Part shown: piece after piece, positions 37,914 to 47,229 of the stretch
How the letters are laid out: each line of letters begins with the position of its first letter
How positions within the stretch are numbered: the first letter of the stretch is position 1
Position numbers and translations under genes: made by a program
Origin: Myxococcota bacterium
GTDB taxonomy: Bacteria; Myxococcota_A; Polyangia; Polyangiales; Houyiibacteriaceae
Assembly (NCBI GenBank): GCA_039030515.1
Contig: JBCCEA010000001.1
Location: 1-64,000, forward strand
Direction of reading: 5' to 3'
Length of the DNA stretch: 64,000 nucleotides
Notes under the pieces: generated by a model
Seen by the model: only the letters and a program-made list of their open reading frames with translations
The model's database searches: none
What the model was told of the DNA's origin: nothing

Positions 37914-38528
37914 TCACGCGGCCGGCGAAGCGGGTTGGGCGACGAGTCCACCGAGTCCCTGAGCCACCAGGGTGTGTCGAACGCCGAGCTCTCGGCGATC
38001 GAGGATCACCTGCTTGCCCTCCCGCGAGTTGAGACCAAGCACGATAGGTGCCGCCAGGTTTACGGTGGCGGGGGCGTTTGGCGGCGCTGTAATCACCGCA
38101 GCTACCGCGACCTCCTCGTCGTCAAGTCCAGCGATTTGTTGGGCCTCTTCGATTGGGTAGCCCTCAAATACGAGTCTTGCTTCGATGACCAAGAGTTGAA
38201 TCTGCGGATCGACGCGTGATACGAGCGCGCGTACGTCGTGCCCCTCGTCGGTTTCGCAGAGCACAAAGCTCGTATGCTCTTGCATCCCGAGCAAACCTGC
38301 CGGAAAGGCGAGTGCATGCTCGTCTGCCTCGCGGATCTGGACTGCACCGGCCTGTGCGCGCTGATTCTCGCTTTGAATCTTATCCACGAGCTCTCCTCGA
38401 TACACCGAGAATTCCTTAGGGGCGTGCACCCCTATTCGTACTCTGCCGCGAGATACCGAAAGGACTGAAATCTGGATGAGTCCTCCGATTTCAATTCGCT
38501 CTCCTATTTTTCTTGTTAACGTCAGCAT
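37914..38528 (-). CDS. csrA-fliW: CsrA-FliW fusion protein (204 aa)
   Basis: N-terminal CsrA (MLTLTRKIGERIEIG...VRIGVHAP...VYRGE) continuous in frame with FliW (FPAGLLG...TVNLAAPIVL...GKQVIL...RH); RBS AAGGAG upstream of ATG 38528. Confidence 0.85.
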   Translation of the reverse strand: MLTLTRKIGERIEIGGLIQISVLSVSRGRVRIGVHAPKEFSVYRGELVDKIQSENQRAQAGAVQIREADEHALAFPAGLLGMQEHTSFVLCETDEGHDVRALVSRVDPQIQLLVIEARLVFEGYPIEEAQQIAGLDDEEVAVAAVITAPPNAPATVNLAAPIVLGLNSREGKQVILDRRELGVRHTLVAQGLGGLVAQPASPAA

Positions 38529-38542
38529 CCTTGCTCTCCTTT

Positions 38543-38892
38543 TGCAGCACGCCTCGCTGGGCCCGAACGCCCGCTTACCTCCGATGCTCGTCGCTCGAAG
38601 TACCGAATGTACGCCTTCGCGTCTGCGCTTCGTGGGCGCAGGGCGTTCGGGCCCATCGAGACGCGCTGCAGTACGCCTCGCCGGTCCGGAAAGGCCGCGA
38701 ACCTTTGATGTTCGTCGCTTGACGTACGGAATGAAGGCCTTCGCGTCTGCGCTTCGTGGGCGCAGGGCGTTCGGGCCCATCGAGACGCGCTGCAGTACGC
38801 CTCGCCGGTCCGGAAAGGCCGCGAACCTTTGATGTTCGTCGCTTGACGTACGGAGTGTACGCCTTCGCGCCTGCGCTTCGTGGGCGCAGGGC
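38543..38892. repeat. 124-bp tandem repeat (~2.8 copies) with ~30-bp terminal inverted repeats; REP/MITE-like
   Basis: Units start at 38543, 38667 and 38791; GCCTTCGCG recurs at 38613/38737/38861; unit ends are near reverse complements. Confidence 0.88.
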
Positions 38893-38931
38893 TCCTAAGC
38901 GAATTGGTGCGCTCGCGATGAGCCAAGTACA

Positions 38932-39816
38932 TCATCGCTGCGCCAAGCTTGGTGGCGGAAGTTCTCCTGCGATCTGAACGGCTGTGTTCAAAGCCGTTTG
39001 GGCTTGATTGAACGCGAAGTACGCATCGACATCCGATTCTCCGACCAGCTCGGTTTGCCGGATGGCCGCTTCATCTTCCACTCGATCTGCCACAGACTGT
39101 GCAACATCCAGGGCTGCAATCAGTGCACCGGTGGTTCCACGCGCATCGGAGACACGACCATGGGCGATGTCCAGACCGTCAAGCGTGCCTCGAATCGCCG
39201 GCACATCATCGGCGCGAAGCGCAGTGGACAGATTTTCCAAGACCGCGATCGGGTCGTCCGGTGCTCCCGGAGCGAACGCCGCTTGCGCATTGATCTTCAT
39301 CGGCATGCGTACGCCTGGCGCCACTTCCACTTCGCGAACATTTTGATCGCTGACGAATGTGCCCGATGCATCAAAAGGTGGTGCGTCCTCTAGGTAGCCC
39401 GCAAAGAGATAGGCCCCTCCCTGACCCTGGGTGTTCGCCAGAGAGATAAGCTGCTGCCTCAATTCCTCAACCTCCGATGCGGCGTTGAGCCGGTCTCCGG
39501 CATTGAGGGTATCGTTGGCGGTTTGGGTCGCGAGCTCGCGGGCTCGGTTCAGAATGTCGGTGACATTGGAAAGCGTATCGTCAGTGAGCTGCAGGTTTGC
39601 GATAGCGCGCTCGGCCGACTCCTTATGCATGGCGGCACGGGCCTCTCGGCTTCGCTCACGGCGGGCGGCCGCAAAATCCGCCGGATCGTCCGAAGGGTCC
39701 TGAACCCGGCGTCCGGTGGTCAACGTTTCCTGAGCCTGAGCTACTTCTTCACGGGATTTGGCGATGTTGATCCGGTTCAGTTCATAGAGCATGGAATCCG
39801 TAACGCGCATCACCAT
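38932..39816 (-). CDS. flgL: Flagellar hook-associated protein 3 FlgL
   Basis: MRVTD, TGRRVQDPSDDPA, YLFAG...PPF; follows flgK. Confidence 0.9.
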   Translation of the reverse strand: MVMRVTDSMLYELNRINIAKSREEVAQAQETLTTGRRVQDPSDDPADFAAARRERSREARAAMHKESAERAIANLQLTDDTLSNVTDILNRARELATQTANDTLNAGDRLNAASEVEELRQQLISLANTQGQGGAYLFAGYLEDAPPFDASGTFVSDQNVREVEVAPGVRMPMKINAQAAFAPGAPDDPIAVLENLSTALRADDVPAIRGTLDGLDIAHGRVSDARGTTGALIAALDVAQSVADRVEDEAAIRQTELVGESDVDAYFAFNQAQTALNTAVQIAGELPPPSLAQR

Positions 39817-39819
39817 CTC

Positions 39820-41211
39820 CTATCGCTTGAGGTTGATCAGCTCGGCGAGCATTTCATCCGCGGTTTGAATCACCTGGAGGCTGGTCTGGTAGCTGCGCTG
39901 AAACTGCATGAGGTTGACCATCTCCTCGTCGGTACTCGCTCCGGAAACGGACTCTCGCAGGGTGGAGACCTGTTCAAGTGCAGATTCGGAGGCTTCTTCC
40001 CGAAAAAGTGCATCCGATACGGTCACGCCGGCGTCGCCGATGAGCTCTCGAAGCGCTTCTCCGGCGGTCGCGGTGCTGCCAAGAGCGATCGAGCTTGTGG
40101 CAAGCGCTTGAAGATCGAGGGCGTTGCGGTTGTCCCCCGGTAAGAGCGTGGGGTCTGTGGCTGCCGCGAGCGCTTCAGGCACGCCATCTACGGCTGAAGA
40201 AATTTGCACTTGAGAAGCAGCGCCGCTTGCGGTGCCGATCGTTTCAAATAGATTCCGGCCGGTGATTCCATCCAGTCCATATCCGGCGCTGTGGGTGCCG
40301 TTGTAGGCGGTGGTAAAGTCGAACGCGAGCTGATCGAGCGCGTTTTGTGCGGAGGTCAAACCTCCGTCGCGTGCATCGATCCACCCGCTAAGCTGTCCGC
40401 TCGTAAGACTGGAGGCCACATTCTCTTGGACGCCAGCACTGATGCGGAACACGTCGACGTTGGAAGTCGCGGGATTTCGCTGCGTCGAGAGCGGATGCAC
40501 GGATCCATCGGCAGTGACCAAGGACTGGCCTCCTCCGAGAAGCAGTTGAATGGGGCCATCTTCCTGCTCGAGTACGGTGACCGGGACGACATCGGCTACT
40601 TCACGTACGAGCTGGTCTCGTCGATCTCTGAGGTCGCTTGCCTCAAGCTCAGAAAGCTCCGTTTTTGCAATTTCTTGCCCTAGTCGTGCGATTTCTTCAA
40701 GTTTTCCATTTAGGTCTGCAACTTCGTCTTCTATACGCCCGTTGATGTCCTCGCGTCGCTGGGTCAAGAAATCTGAAGTGGCTCGGAACGAATATGCGAG
40801 CTGTTCGGCAAGGGTGAGTACCGAGTTGCGGCGCGTAAGGTCCGATGGATCCGAGCTGAGATCGGCGATCGCGTTTTCAAACGCGTCGAGTGCATCCGCC
40901 AAGTTTCCAGCCTCATCGCCGAACGCCTCGTCGAGGGGTCTTAGCGCCTCTGCGCGCGCGGACGATTCACCCATCATCGAGCGGGCGCCGAGCAAACGAC
41001 GTTCGATGTACGGATCGATGACCCGTTTTTGTCCGACCGCGCGAGAGCCGAGTCCAGGAGATTGCGCGGCGATGGGATCGATGTGTGCCAGCCTCCGGCT
41101 GTATCCCTCCGTGCCGACGTTGGAGGCATTTTGTGAGGAGACCTGCGTTCCGAAGGCATGGCTGCGCATACCGTTGGCTCCCAGATTTAAGATGCCGAAT
41201 ACGGTCGTCAT
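39820..41211 (-). CDS. flgK: Flagellar hook-associated protein 1 FlgK
   Basis: NASNVGTEGYSRR, DLRDRRDQL, GDNRNAL, SVSGASTDEEMVNLMQFQRSY. Confidence 0.93.
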   Translation of the reverse strand: MTTVFGILNLGANGMRSHAFGTQVSSQNASNVGTEGYSRRLAHIDPIAAQSPGLGSRAVGQKRVIDPYIERRLLGARSMMGESSARAEALRPLDEAFGDEAGNLADALDAFENAIADLSSDPSDLTRRNSVLTLAEQLAYSFRATSDFLTQRREDINGRIEDEVADLNGKLEEIARLGQEIAKTELSELEASDLRDRRDQLVREVADVVPVTVLEQEDGPIQLLLGGGQSLVTADGSVHPLSTQRNPATSNVDVFRISAGVQENVASSLTSGQLSGWIDARDGGLTSAQNALDQLAFDFTTAYNGTHSAGYGLDGITGRNLFETIGTASGAASQVQISSAVDGVPEALAAATDPTLLPGDNRNALDLQALATSSIALGSTATAGEALRELIGDAGVTVSDALFREEASESALEQVSTLRESVSGASTDEEMVNLMQFQRSYQTSLQVIQTADEMLAELINLKR

Positions 41212-41215
41212 TCGG

Positions 41216-41533
41216 CTAGATCGCTCCCCTGCGCAGTCCGGACTGCAGGTCCTTGGGTTTGCCGCTCGCGCTGTACGCGATCGATGGCTCTTCGCCTCCC
41301 GTCGCCAACCCTCGGAGGCACGAAACGAGATGTCTCATGAGCCCGATGTTTCGGCGGGACAGCTCGGAAATTTCCTCAAGTTCGGAGTCGTGGATGCCGA
41401 TCTCTTGGATACGTGAAAGGAGGGCCCGCTTCTCTTCCTGAATCTTGAGGAGCTCGTCCAGGTTCGCGTATCGGGTTGCGGTGCGTTCCTTTGCCAGTAC
41501 ATCCCGAAACTTTTCAATTAAGACGTCATTCAT
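41216..41533 (-). CDS. Probable FlgN-like export chaperone
   Basis: Helical 105 aa between flgM and flgK; RRN..L and Y...G tail pattern. Confidence 0.55.
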   Translation of the reverse strand: MNDVLIEKFRDVLAKERTATRYANLDELLKIQEEKRALLSRIQEIGIHDSELEEISELSRRNIGLMRHLVSCLRGLATGGEEPSIAYSASGKPKDLQSGLRRGAI

Positions 41534-41602
41534 TTTTGGATACTCATGTGGCTAGAGATTCAGCAAGGTGGTTTGAGTAGGCGTAGCCCCACCACTTCTG
41601 GG

Positions 41603-41881
41603 CTAGCGTTCCTCCTCGAGCATGCGTTCGGCGATGCGTGCCGGATCGATCTCAAAACTACCGTCTTCGATGGCGGCGCGAAGGCGTTCGATCCGCTCTA
41701 GGTCGGGCTTTTGTTCGGCCCGGGCGTCCGCCAGGTGCTTTGCGGCTCCCGAGAGCTCTACCGAGGTGGAGTGCTGCGGACGCACCTCGCTCTGCCGTTG
41801 TTCCTCATGTACTTGCTTTGCACGAGTCTGGCTCGCTTTGATGTCGGCAAGAGTGCTCGCGTGTGGGTCTTGGATCTTCAT
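41603..41881 (-). CDS. flgM: Anti-sigma28 factor FlgM
   Basis: SVELSGAA and ERIERLRAAIEDGSFEIDPARIAERML. Confidence 0.9.
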   Translation of the reverse strand: MKIQDPHASTLADIKASQTRAKQVHEEQRQSEVRPQHSTSVELSGAAKHLADARAEQKPDLERIERLRAAIEDGSFEIDPARIAERMLEEER

Positions 41882-43098
41882 GATGAATGTTCCTCCAATC
41901 GTCGGTTCGGACGCTTCTCCGAGGACCTTGAGGAATAATTCGTAGGCTGAGGTCGAATTTCTCGAGTTGCGGGTGCCTCAGGTCGGTCGGAGTTTGATGC
42001 TCCAGGGGTTCCGGACAGCGGTACTTCGGCGTCTTCCATGGATGTGGAGCGACGAAGTTCAATGATTTCAATGCGCGAGAATCCGCCCCGGGGATCGGTT
42101 CCACCAAAAGTTCCCGTTCGATTCCAGGTCCGGCGGGTTAAGTGACGAGCGCCATCCACCCGTGCCTCCCAGCCGTCGTAGACGATCTTCTGGATCGCTC
42201 CGGAGGAGTCGTAGTCGATCGAGTGCACCCGCTCGACGATACCCATATGACCCGCACGCTCAGGATGGGCTGCACTTCCAGTGAGCATGAATGCGCGACG
42301 TCCCTGTAGTATTTCCTGATCGATGGAGGTTGCGCTCGCTCCTGTGACCACTCGACCCCACCCCTTTGGAACCTCACCATCTTCGATGCTCGTCGTGAGT
42401 CCGTTGGGCGCGGGATAGCCCCATCCGTGGGCCCGTGGGGCTACCGGCACCGAAAACCCGGCTCGTCTCGCAAGCTCCATCGTAAACAGATTGCACTTGT
42501 ATTGACCCTGGTAGCCCCCTGCGTCTTGCACGTTGAATGCGGCTATCTCACCGGAAGAGGTACGGGTGTGGTAGTTGCTCGAGAGATCGTCACGCTGAAG
42601 CGTGCCCTCGCGGCTCCAGCGCGTGGACCGCTCGGCGGAAAGAAGTTCCTGGGCGGCTTGCTGAAGTTGGGCAGTCGCTCCCTCGAGTGGGGCGCCGGTG
42701 ATCGGACCAAAGTCTACCGACCTCATACGGCGTAGGGTGCCGACGAGTTTTGGGGACGATTCCCCATGCGGCTGGTTGGTCTTCGATGTGCTGACGCTTC
42801 CAGTCTCCTGAGTCGCTGAAGAACCCAGAGACGCGTCCAGCGCATCTCGAAGCCCAATACCTCCGCCATCCGATAAAGCTTGGGTCAGGGCTTGGTCCAC
42901 CAGGTGACCGAATACCGAGGCGCCCGGAGCCTTGCCGAGCATGCCGTCTGAAACGCTGGTTTCTCTCAGCACGCGAACCAGCTGGGCGAGGATGAGCTCT
43001 TCGAACTGACCTGCTGCCTGAGCGGAGTTGGTCTGCTTCGATGGTTGCTGCATCTGCTGCATCTGCTGTGCGATTTCTTCTGTGCCGATGAGCGTCAT
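41878..43098 (-). CDS. FlgJ-like protein: rod-binding N-terminal domain plus putative Cys/His hydrolase domain
   Basis: AAGQFEELILAQLVRVLRET...GGGIGL rod-binding motif directly after flgI; C-terminal YKCNLF...GHMGIV...WEA. Confidence 0.7.
   Translation of the reverse strand: MTLIGTEEIAQQMQQMQQPSKQTNSAQAAGQFEELILAQLVRVLRETSVSDGMLGKAPGASVFGHLVDQALTQALSDGGGIGLRDALDASLGSSATQETGSVSTSKTNQPHGESSPKLVGTLRRMRSVDFGPITGAPLEGATAQLQQAAQELLSAERSTRWSREGTLQRDDLSSNYHTRTSSGEIAAFNVQDAGGYQGQYKCNLFTMELARRAGFSVPVAPRAHGWGYPAPNGLTTSIEDGEVPKGWGRVVTGASATSIDQEILQGRRAFMLTGSAAHPERAGHMGIVERVHSIDYDSSGAIQKIVYDGWEARVDGARHLTRRTWNRTGTFGGTDPRGGFSRIEIIELRRSTSMEDAEVPLSGTPGASNSDRPEAPATREIRPQPTNYSSRSSEKRPNRRLEEHSS
41904..41931 (-). 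promoter_or_regulatory. Putative internal sigma28 promoter of flgM
   Basis: Minus strand TCAA-N16-TCCGAACC followed by GGAGG RBS. Confidence 0.45.
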
Positions 43099-44270
43099 TG
43101 TAGTTCGATCTCAGCCTGCAGAGCTCCGGCAGTTCGGAGCGCCTGAAAGATCGCCACGAGATCTCTCGGACGGGCGCCGAGGGCGTTGAGTGCAGTGACC
43201 ACGTCGGCGAGATTTGCTGAACCCTGCAGACGTTGTAAGGACCCGGTCGCCGCTTCGGCGCGGACCTCGCTCTCCGGCACCACCTCGGTCGTTCCCTCGC
43301 CAAATGGGTTCGGTTGAGATACCGCAAAACTCTCACGGATCTCGACGGTCAGGCCTCCCTGGGCGATCGCCACTTCAGAGATGCGAACATGGGTCCCAAG
43401 TACGATGGTGCCGGAGCGCTCGTCGATAACCACCCTTGCCGGAGCGTTTGGGGTCACGGACAACATTTGTACGTTCGCGATAAGGCCCACCTGCTGTCCG
43501 CGATACTCCGGAGGCACCCTCATGCGGATCGTACCTGAGTCGACCGCCTGGGATATGTTGGGTGCTACATGTGCATTGATCGTGTCGACGATGCGCTGGG
43601 CGGTGACGAAGTTGGGGTCTCGAAGCGTGAACACGAGCAGATCGCGATTCAGTGCTGGAGCCGCCACCCGCCGCTCTACGATGGCTCCTGCGGGCACGCG
43701 TCCCACCGTCACGTGGTTGTTTTGAACGCCGGACCCTGAGCCGCCTTCCGCGCTGAAGCCTCCGAGTAAAAGGGGCCCCTGAGCGACCGCGTAGACTTCT
43801 CGATCGGCACCGTGAAGAGGCGTTTGAACGAGCGTGCCGCCTTGGAGGCTGCGGGCGTTGCCCAAGGAGGATACCGCGACGTCGATGCGCGTGCCCGGAT
43901 TGGCAAAAGGTGGAAGCGTAGCCGTGACGACGACCGCGGCCGCATTCTTGGTTTGAATCGTGGTGGGATCGATCGTGGCTCCCAGACGACGCAGCATGGC
44001 GGCCGTGCTCTGGACGGTGAAGCGCGCCTGCCCGCTGTCGCCCGTTCCGTTTAGGCCGACGACCAGTCCGTAGCCGATCAGTTGGTTTGGCCGAACGCCG
44101 CGAATATCACAGAGCTCTTCGATTCGTGAGGCTTCTGCGACTGCGGCCGCCGAGGCGAGAAACGCTACCAGCAGAGTCTTTTGTACCCGGAAGCGTGCGC
44201 GTGATCGCGTCCTCGGCGCCGGACGCGCTGCGCTTTCGACTCCCAGCACCCGTTCAAGACGAGCCGTCAT
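43095..44270 (-). CDS. flgI: Flagellar P-ring protein FlgI
   Basis: GVRPNQLIGYGLVVGLNGTGD, KNAAAVVVTATLPPF, SLQGGTL, AGALQAEI. Confidence 0.96.
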   Translation of the reverse strand: MTARLERVLGVESAARPAPRTRSRARFRVQKTLLVAFLASAAAVAEASRIEELCDIRGVRPNQLIGYGLVVGLNGTGDSGQARFTVQSTAAMLRRLGATIDPTTIQTKNAAAVVVTATLPPFANPGTRIDVAVSSLGNARSLQGGTLVQTPLHGADREVYAVAQGPLLLGGFSAEGGSGSGVQNNHVTVGRVPAGAIVERRVAAPALNRDLLVFTLRDPNFVTAQRIVDTINAHVAPNISQAVDSGTIRMRVPPEYRGQQVGLIANVQMLSVTPNAPARVVIDERSGTIVLGTHVRISEVAIAQGGLTVEIRESFAVSQPNPFGEGTTEVVPESEVRAEAATGSLQRLQGSANLADVVTALNALGARPRDLVAIFQALRTAGALQAEIELQ

Positions 44271-44971
44271 AGCGGTCTCACCTTAGAAAGAAGTCTCGAA
44301 AGCCAGCCTTGACGCTGGTTGTCCGCCAAGGGGCCGCGACCCGCAAACTGAATCTGAGCGTCGGCGATGAGGCTCGAGCCAATCGAGTTGTCCTGCTCGA
44401 TATCCTCAGGCCGAATCACTCCGGAGACGTAGATATGTAGTTCTTCATTATTGATGAGAATGATCTTGGTGCCTTCGATGAAGAGATCTCCGTTTGGCAA
44501 TTTTCTTTTGACACGGACCGCGATCGAACCGTTCGCCGTCGACCCGCGGGAGGTACTGCCGTCGCCGCTGAAGGAGGCGTTGCTCAGCACCGAAAGCAGC
44601 TGGGAAGGGTTGATGTCTGGGTGGGCATTTTGCAGAGCCTGTGTCAGTCCGAACAGCACCGGAATCCCGAAGGATTCCTCCGAATCCCGCTGCACATCGG
44701 TCGATGCATCGCCTGATGCCTGAGCGCTCTCGCTGATTCGAACGGTGACGAGATCGCCTACGTGACGGGCCTGAAAGTCTGCGAACAGTCCGGATGCGTT
44801 ATCGGTCCAAAGGGACCCGTCTGAAACCGGCGTTGGACGCTGCTCATATTCGCCAGGTTGGTAGTTTCGTTCTCTCGCCGTGTGAGGACGTATCTGTTGC
44901 GGCCCGCAGGAAAAGGCTAGCGAAGAGGAGAGGGAGGTGAGCGTGAGCACGGTCCGCACTCGGCGATTCAT
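44267..44971 (-). CDS. flgH: Flagellar L-ring lipoprotein FlgH
   Basis: Lipobox AFSC, GSLW, LFADFQARHVGD, LPNGDLFIEG, SGVIRPEDI, GWLSR. Confidence 0.94.
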   Translation of the reverse strand: MNRRVRTVLTLTSLSSSLAFSCGPQQIRPHTARERNYQPGEYEQRPTPVSDGSLWTDNASGLFADFQARHVGDLVTVRISESAQASGDASTDVQRDSEESFGIPVLFGLTQALQNAHPDINPSQLLSVLSNASFSGDGSTSRGSTANGSIAVRVKRKLPNGDLFIEGTKIILINNEELHIYVSGVIRPEDIEQDNSIGSSLIADAQIQFAGRGPLADNQRQGWLSRLLSKVRPL

Positions 44972-45681
44972 CGAACCACCTCTACCTGCTGTCCATCCAG
45001 GATCTTCGCCTGTAGCTGGGTGTTCGTAGGGCCGGTGCGCACCACGATGACCTCGCCGACCCGTCCAGGTTGCCTGGCCTCGCCCGGCGCCGTGGCTCGA
45101 ACAGCGCCAACCTGCACCACCACCTGCACTCGGTTTCCCGGTTCGATGATCGGAGGCGGACACCGCACATCGGCCCGAATGGGCACCCGCTTCTCGCGAC
45201 CGTTGGACCGGAACACGACGACCGCGCCCGTGCTGCCGGAACGCCTCGGCGGCTGCGCCTCAGCGCGAATGTCGAGTCCGGAGGCCGCTATCGTGAGGCG
45301 TGCCGGCCCATGAATCGCTCTCACCTCGCAAGGCTGAATCGCCCGTTGAACAGAGGGCTGCACCATTTCTGCAAATCGCTCGGCATTCAGCTCTTGCGCC
45401 TGCCTTTCGATGCGAGTCGCAGTGGGAATCGCGAGTCCACGTGCGTTTCGATCTGCCCTGCGGAGTGCCGCAAGCACCTCGGAGCGACGCACAATTCGTG
45501 AGCTTCCGACTGGAGGAGCGATCCCCAGCTCCAGCGCCCCGAGTTCTGTCCCAGAGAGTGCTGGAATCACCTCGTCAAGGGTGATGCGATCTTGCGCGGC
45601 TGCCGAGCGGTGCTCGGTCCCGAGGACGATCAAAAAGAGAACTCCGCAGCAAAGCACACGAATCTGCGAGGGAGACGGCAT
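44968..45681 (-). CDS. flgA: Flagellar P-ring formation chaperone FlgA
   Basis: Signal peptide; C-terminal G..VQV...GEARQPGRVGEVI.V; upstream of flgH; start uncertain. Confidence 0.75.
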   Translation of the reverse strand: MPSPSQIRVLCCGVLFLIVLGTEHRSAAAQDRITLDEVIPALSGTELGALELGIAPPVGSSRIVRRSEVLAALRRADRNARGLAIPTATRIERQAQELNAERFAEMVQPSVQRAIQPCEVRAIHGPARLTIAASGLDIRAEAQPPRRSGSTGAVVVFRSNGREKRVPIRADVRCPPPIIEPGNRVQVVVQVGAVRATAPGEARQPGRVGEVIVVRTGPTNTQLQAKILDGQQVEVVR

Positions 45682-45694
45682 CTTCGTTAGACAC

Positions 45695-45711
45695 AGCACT
45701 GAACGTGCCAG
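45695..45711 (-). promoter_or_regulatory. Putative sigma54 promoter of the flgA operon
   Basis: Minus strand CTGGCACGTTCAGTGCT = GG-N10-GC; lies very close to the chosen start codon. Confidence 0.5.
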
Positions 45712-45861
45712 CCGGTTTGTTCAAGGATCACGGTGACGCGACGCAAAAGGTGCCAAGGACTCGTCAATCCCGCGTCGTGGTCCGCCATCATTTCGACACT
45801 GGATCATGTCGGTGCGCACCCACTGCACCACCAGTCTCACGCCGCGCCAAGTTGAGTACGA

Positions 45862-47055
45862 CTACGGTGCAGTCGGAGCGGCTCGCAACATCGCGATGCG
45901 TCCAGCGAGGCCGGTACACTTCAGATCGATACGTTCGAGAGGCTGCTCGAGTGACGGGTACTTTTCCGGATCAAATTTCTCGAGCTTTGTGATGCGGATA
46001 TGAGGATTGTCTTCAATATCGTTGAAGATACTACTCAGAGTGTTGAATACCTCTGAAAGCGCCTCGAGCACGTCTTCTGAGGGGTTTTTCGATGAGATTT
46101 GCTCCTCGATGCTGCCCTCCGGGACCATAAGCAGGGTGCCGCCTAGCCACACGCCCGCTTCGATATCGCACACCAAGGATCCGATAAGGACATCCTCGTC
46201 GGTGAGAAGGGGGCAGTGGTAGAGGGTGTCGTACTGTGAAGAAAGCGCTTTTTCGGCAGGCTCCAGATTGATTCGCTGCCCCACAAGCATTTCGAGGCAA
46301 TTGTCTGCGGCGACAGGTGTAGGCAGACGGAACGGGATCTCTTGTTTCGGTGGAAGGCTCGGTCCCGCTTCTTCGACGGCTTCGCCATCTGGCTCTGACT
46401 CCTCCTCCGGAGACGAGGGAAGTTTCACCGCGTCCGGAAGCTGTGCGCTTTCCGCGTCAGAGGGCGATTGGGAATCGTCCATCGGCTCATCGGGCGGAGG
46501 ATCAGAGCCAAAGGGACTCGGCGAAGCCCTACCGAAAGAACCCGAAGCGACTTTCTCTTCGAGGGCTTCCACCCGCCGCATCAAACTTCGAAAATCTTCT
46601 CGCAGCTGCTGCACTAGCTGGTTCGACCCGGACGCGCTCTCATCTCGCAAGCGAAATACGGTCGTCTTGAGCGAGGCGACCTCGTCTCGAAGCAGCTCTA
46701 GTTCGTGCTCACGTTGCACCTCGGAACGCGCCTCAAGCTCGCTCCGCTCGAGCAGCACATCGGGAGTCCACTCTCCCCGAAAAGGAACATAGGCCCGATC
46801 GGTTTCCGCGTCGCCACCGGATTTCAGAAGTTGGATGGCGCTCTCTCTCAGACTGCCGTGTTCACTCGTTTGCTCCAGAGCCAAAACGATACGCTCTGGC
46901 TCCTGCACCTTTTCGATCATCGGCCTCAGCATGTGAGGCCCTACCGAAACGAGATGCTCGATCTCCAGGGTCCAAGTTCCGCCTTCCTGAAGCAGCCTTG
47001 AGGGCTTCCCTGTTTGCAGAATGTCTTTGCTGTTTGAACTGTTCAGTCTAGACAT
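45862..47055 (-). CDS. Hypothetical protein: unknown N-domain, coiled coil, Pro/acidic linker, C-terminal CheX/CheC-like domain
   Basis: EALSEVFNTLSS carries the ExxN phosphatase motif; downstream of cheY. Confidence 0.65.
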   Translation of the reverse strand: MSRLNSSNSKDILQTGKPSRLLQEGGTWTLEIEHLVSVGPHMLRPMIEKVQEPERIVLALEQTSEHGSLRESAIQLLKSGGDAETDRAYVPFRGEWTPDVLLERSELEARSEVQREHELELLRDEVASLKTTVFRLRDESASGSNQLVQQLREDFRSLMRRVEALEEKVASGSFGRASPSPFGSDPPPDEPMDDSQSPSDAESAQLPDAVKLPSSPEEESEPDGEAVEEAGPSLPPKQEIPFRLPTPVAADNCLEMLVGQRINLEPAEKALSSQYDTLYHCPLLTDEDVLIGSLVCDIEAGVWLGGTLLMVPEGSIEEQISSKNPSEDVLEALSEVFNTLSSIFNDIEDNPHIRITKLEKFDPEKYPSLEQPLERIDLKCTGLAGRIAMLRAAPTAP

Positions 47056-47229
47056 GTTCGCTCCCGAGAGCGCACTTCGATCGGCCTGAACGGCAGCTGC
47101 CCCCGAAGCGCCGACCAGAAGGGTAGAGGGTACCTCGAGGGCCTAGCGACGGGGGCAGATGGGCGTTTAGACTACGCTCGAACCAACCGATGCGCGCCGT
47201 CGGCGCTGGTGGGCGAGACTTGATCAACT

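Noticed and set aside
38529..38780. 84-aa N-terminal extension of CsrA in the ORF track
   Set aside because: It is translated repeat DNA; an RBS precedes the canonical MLTLTRK start at 38528
38543..38892. CRISPR array
   Set aside because: Whole 124-bp units repeat, there are no unique spacers, and no cas genes are in the window
44972..45163. N-terminal extension of FlgH
   Set aside because: Overlaps flgA; the lipoprotein signal starts at 44971
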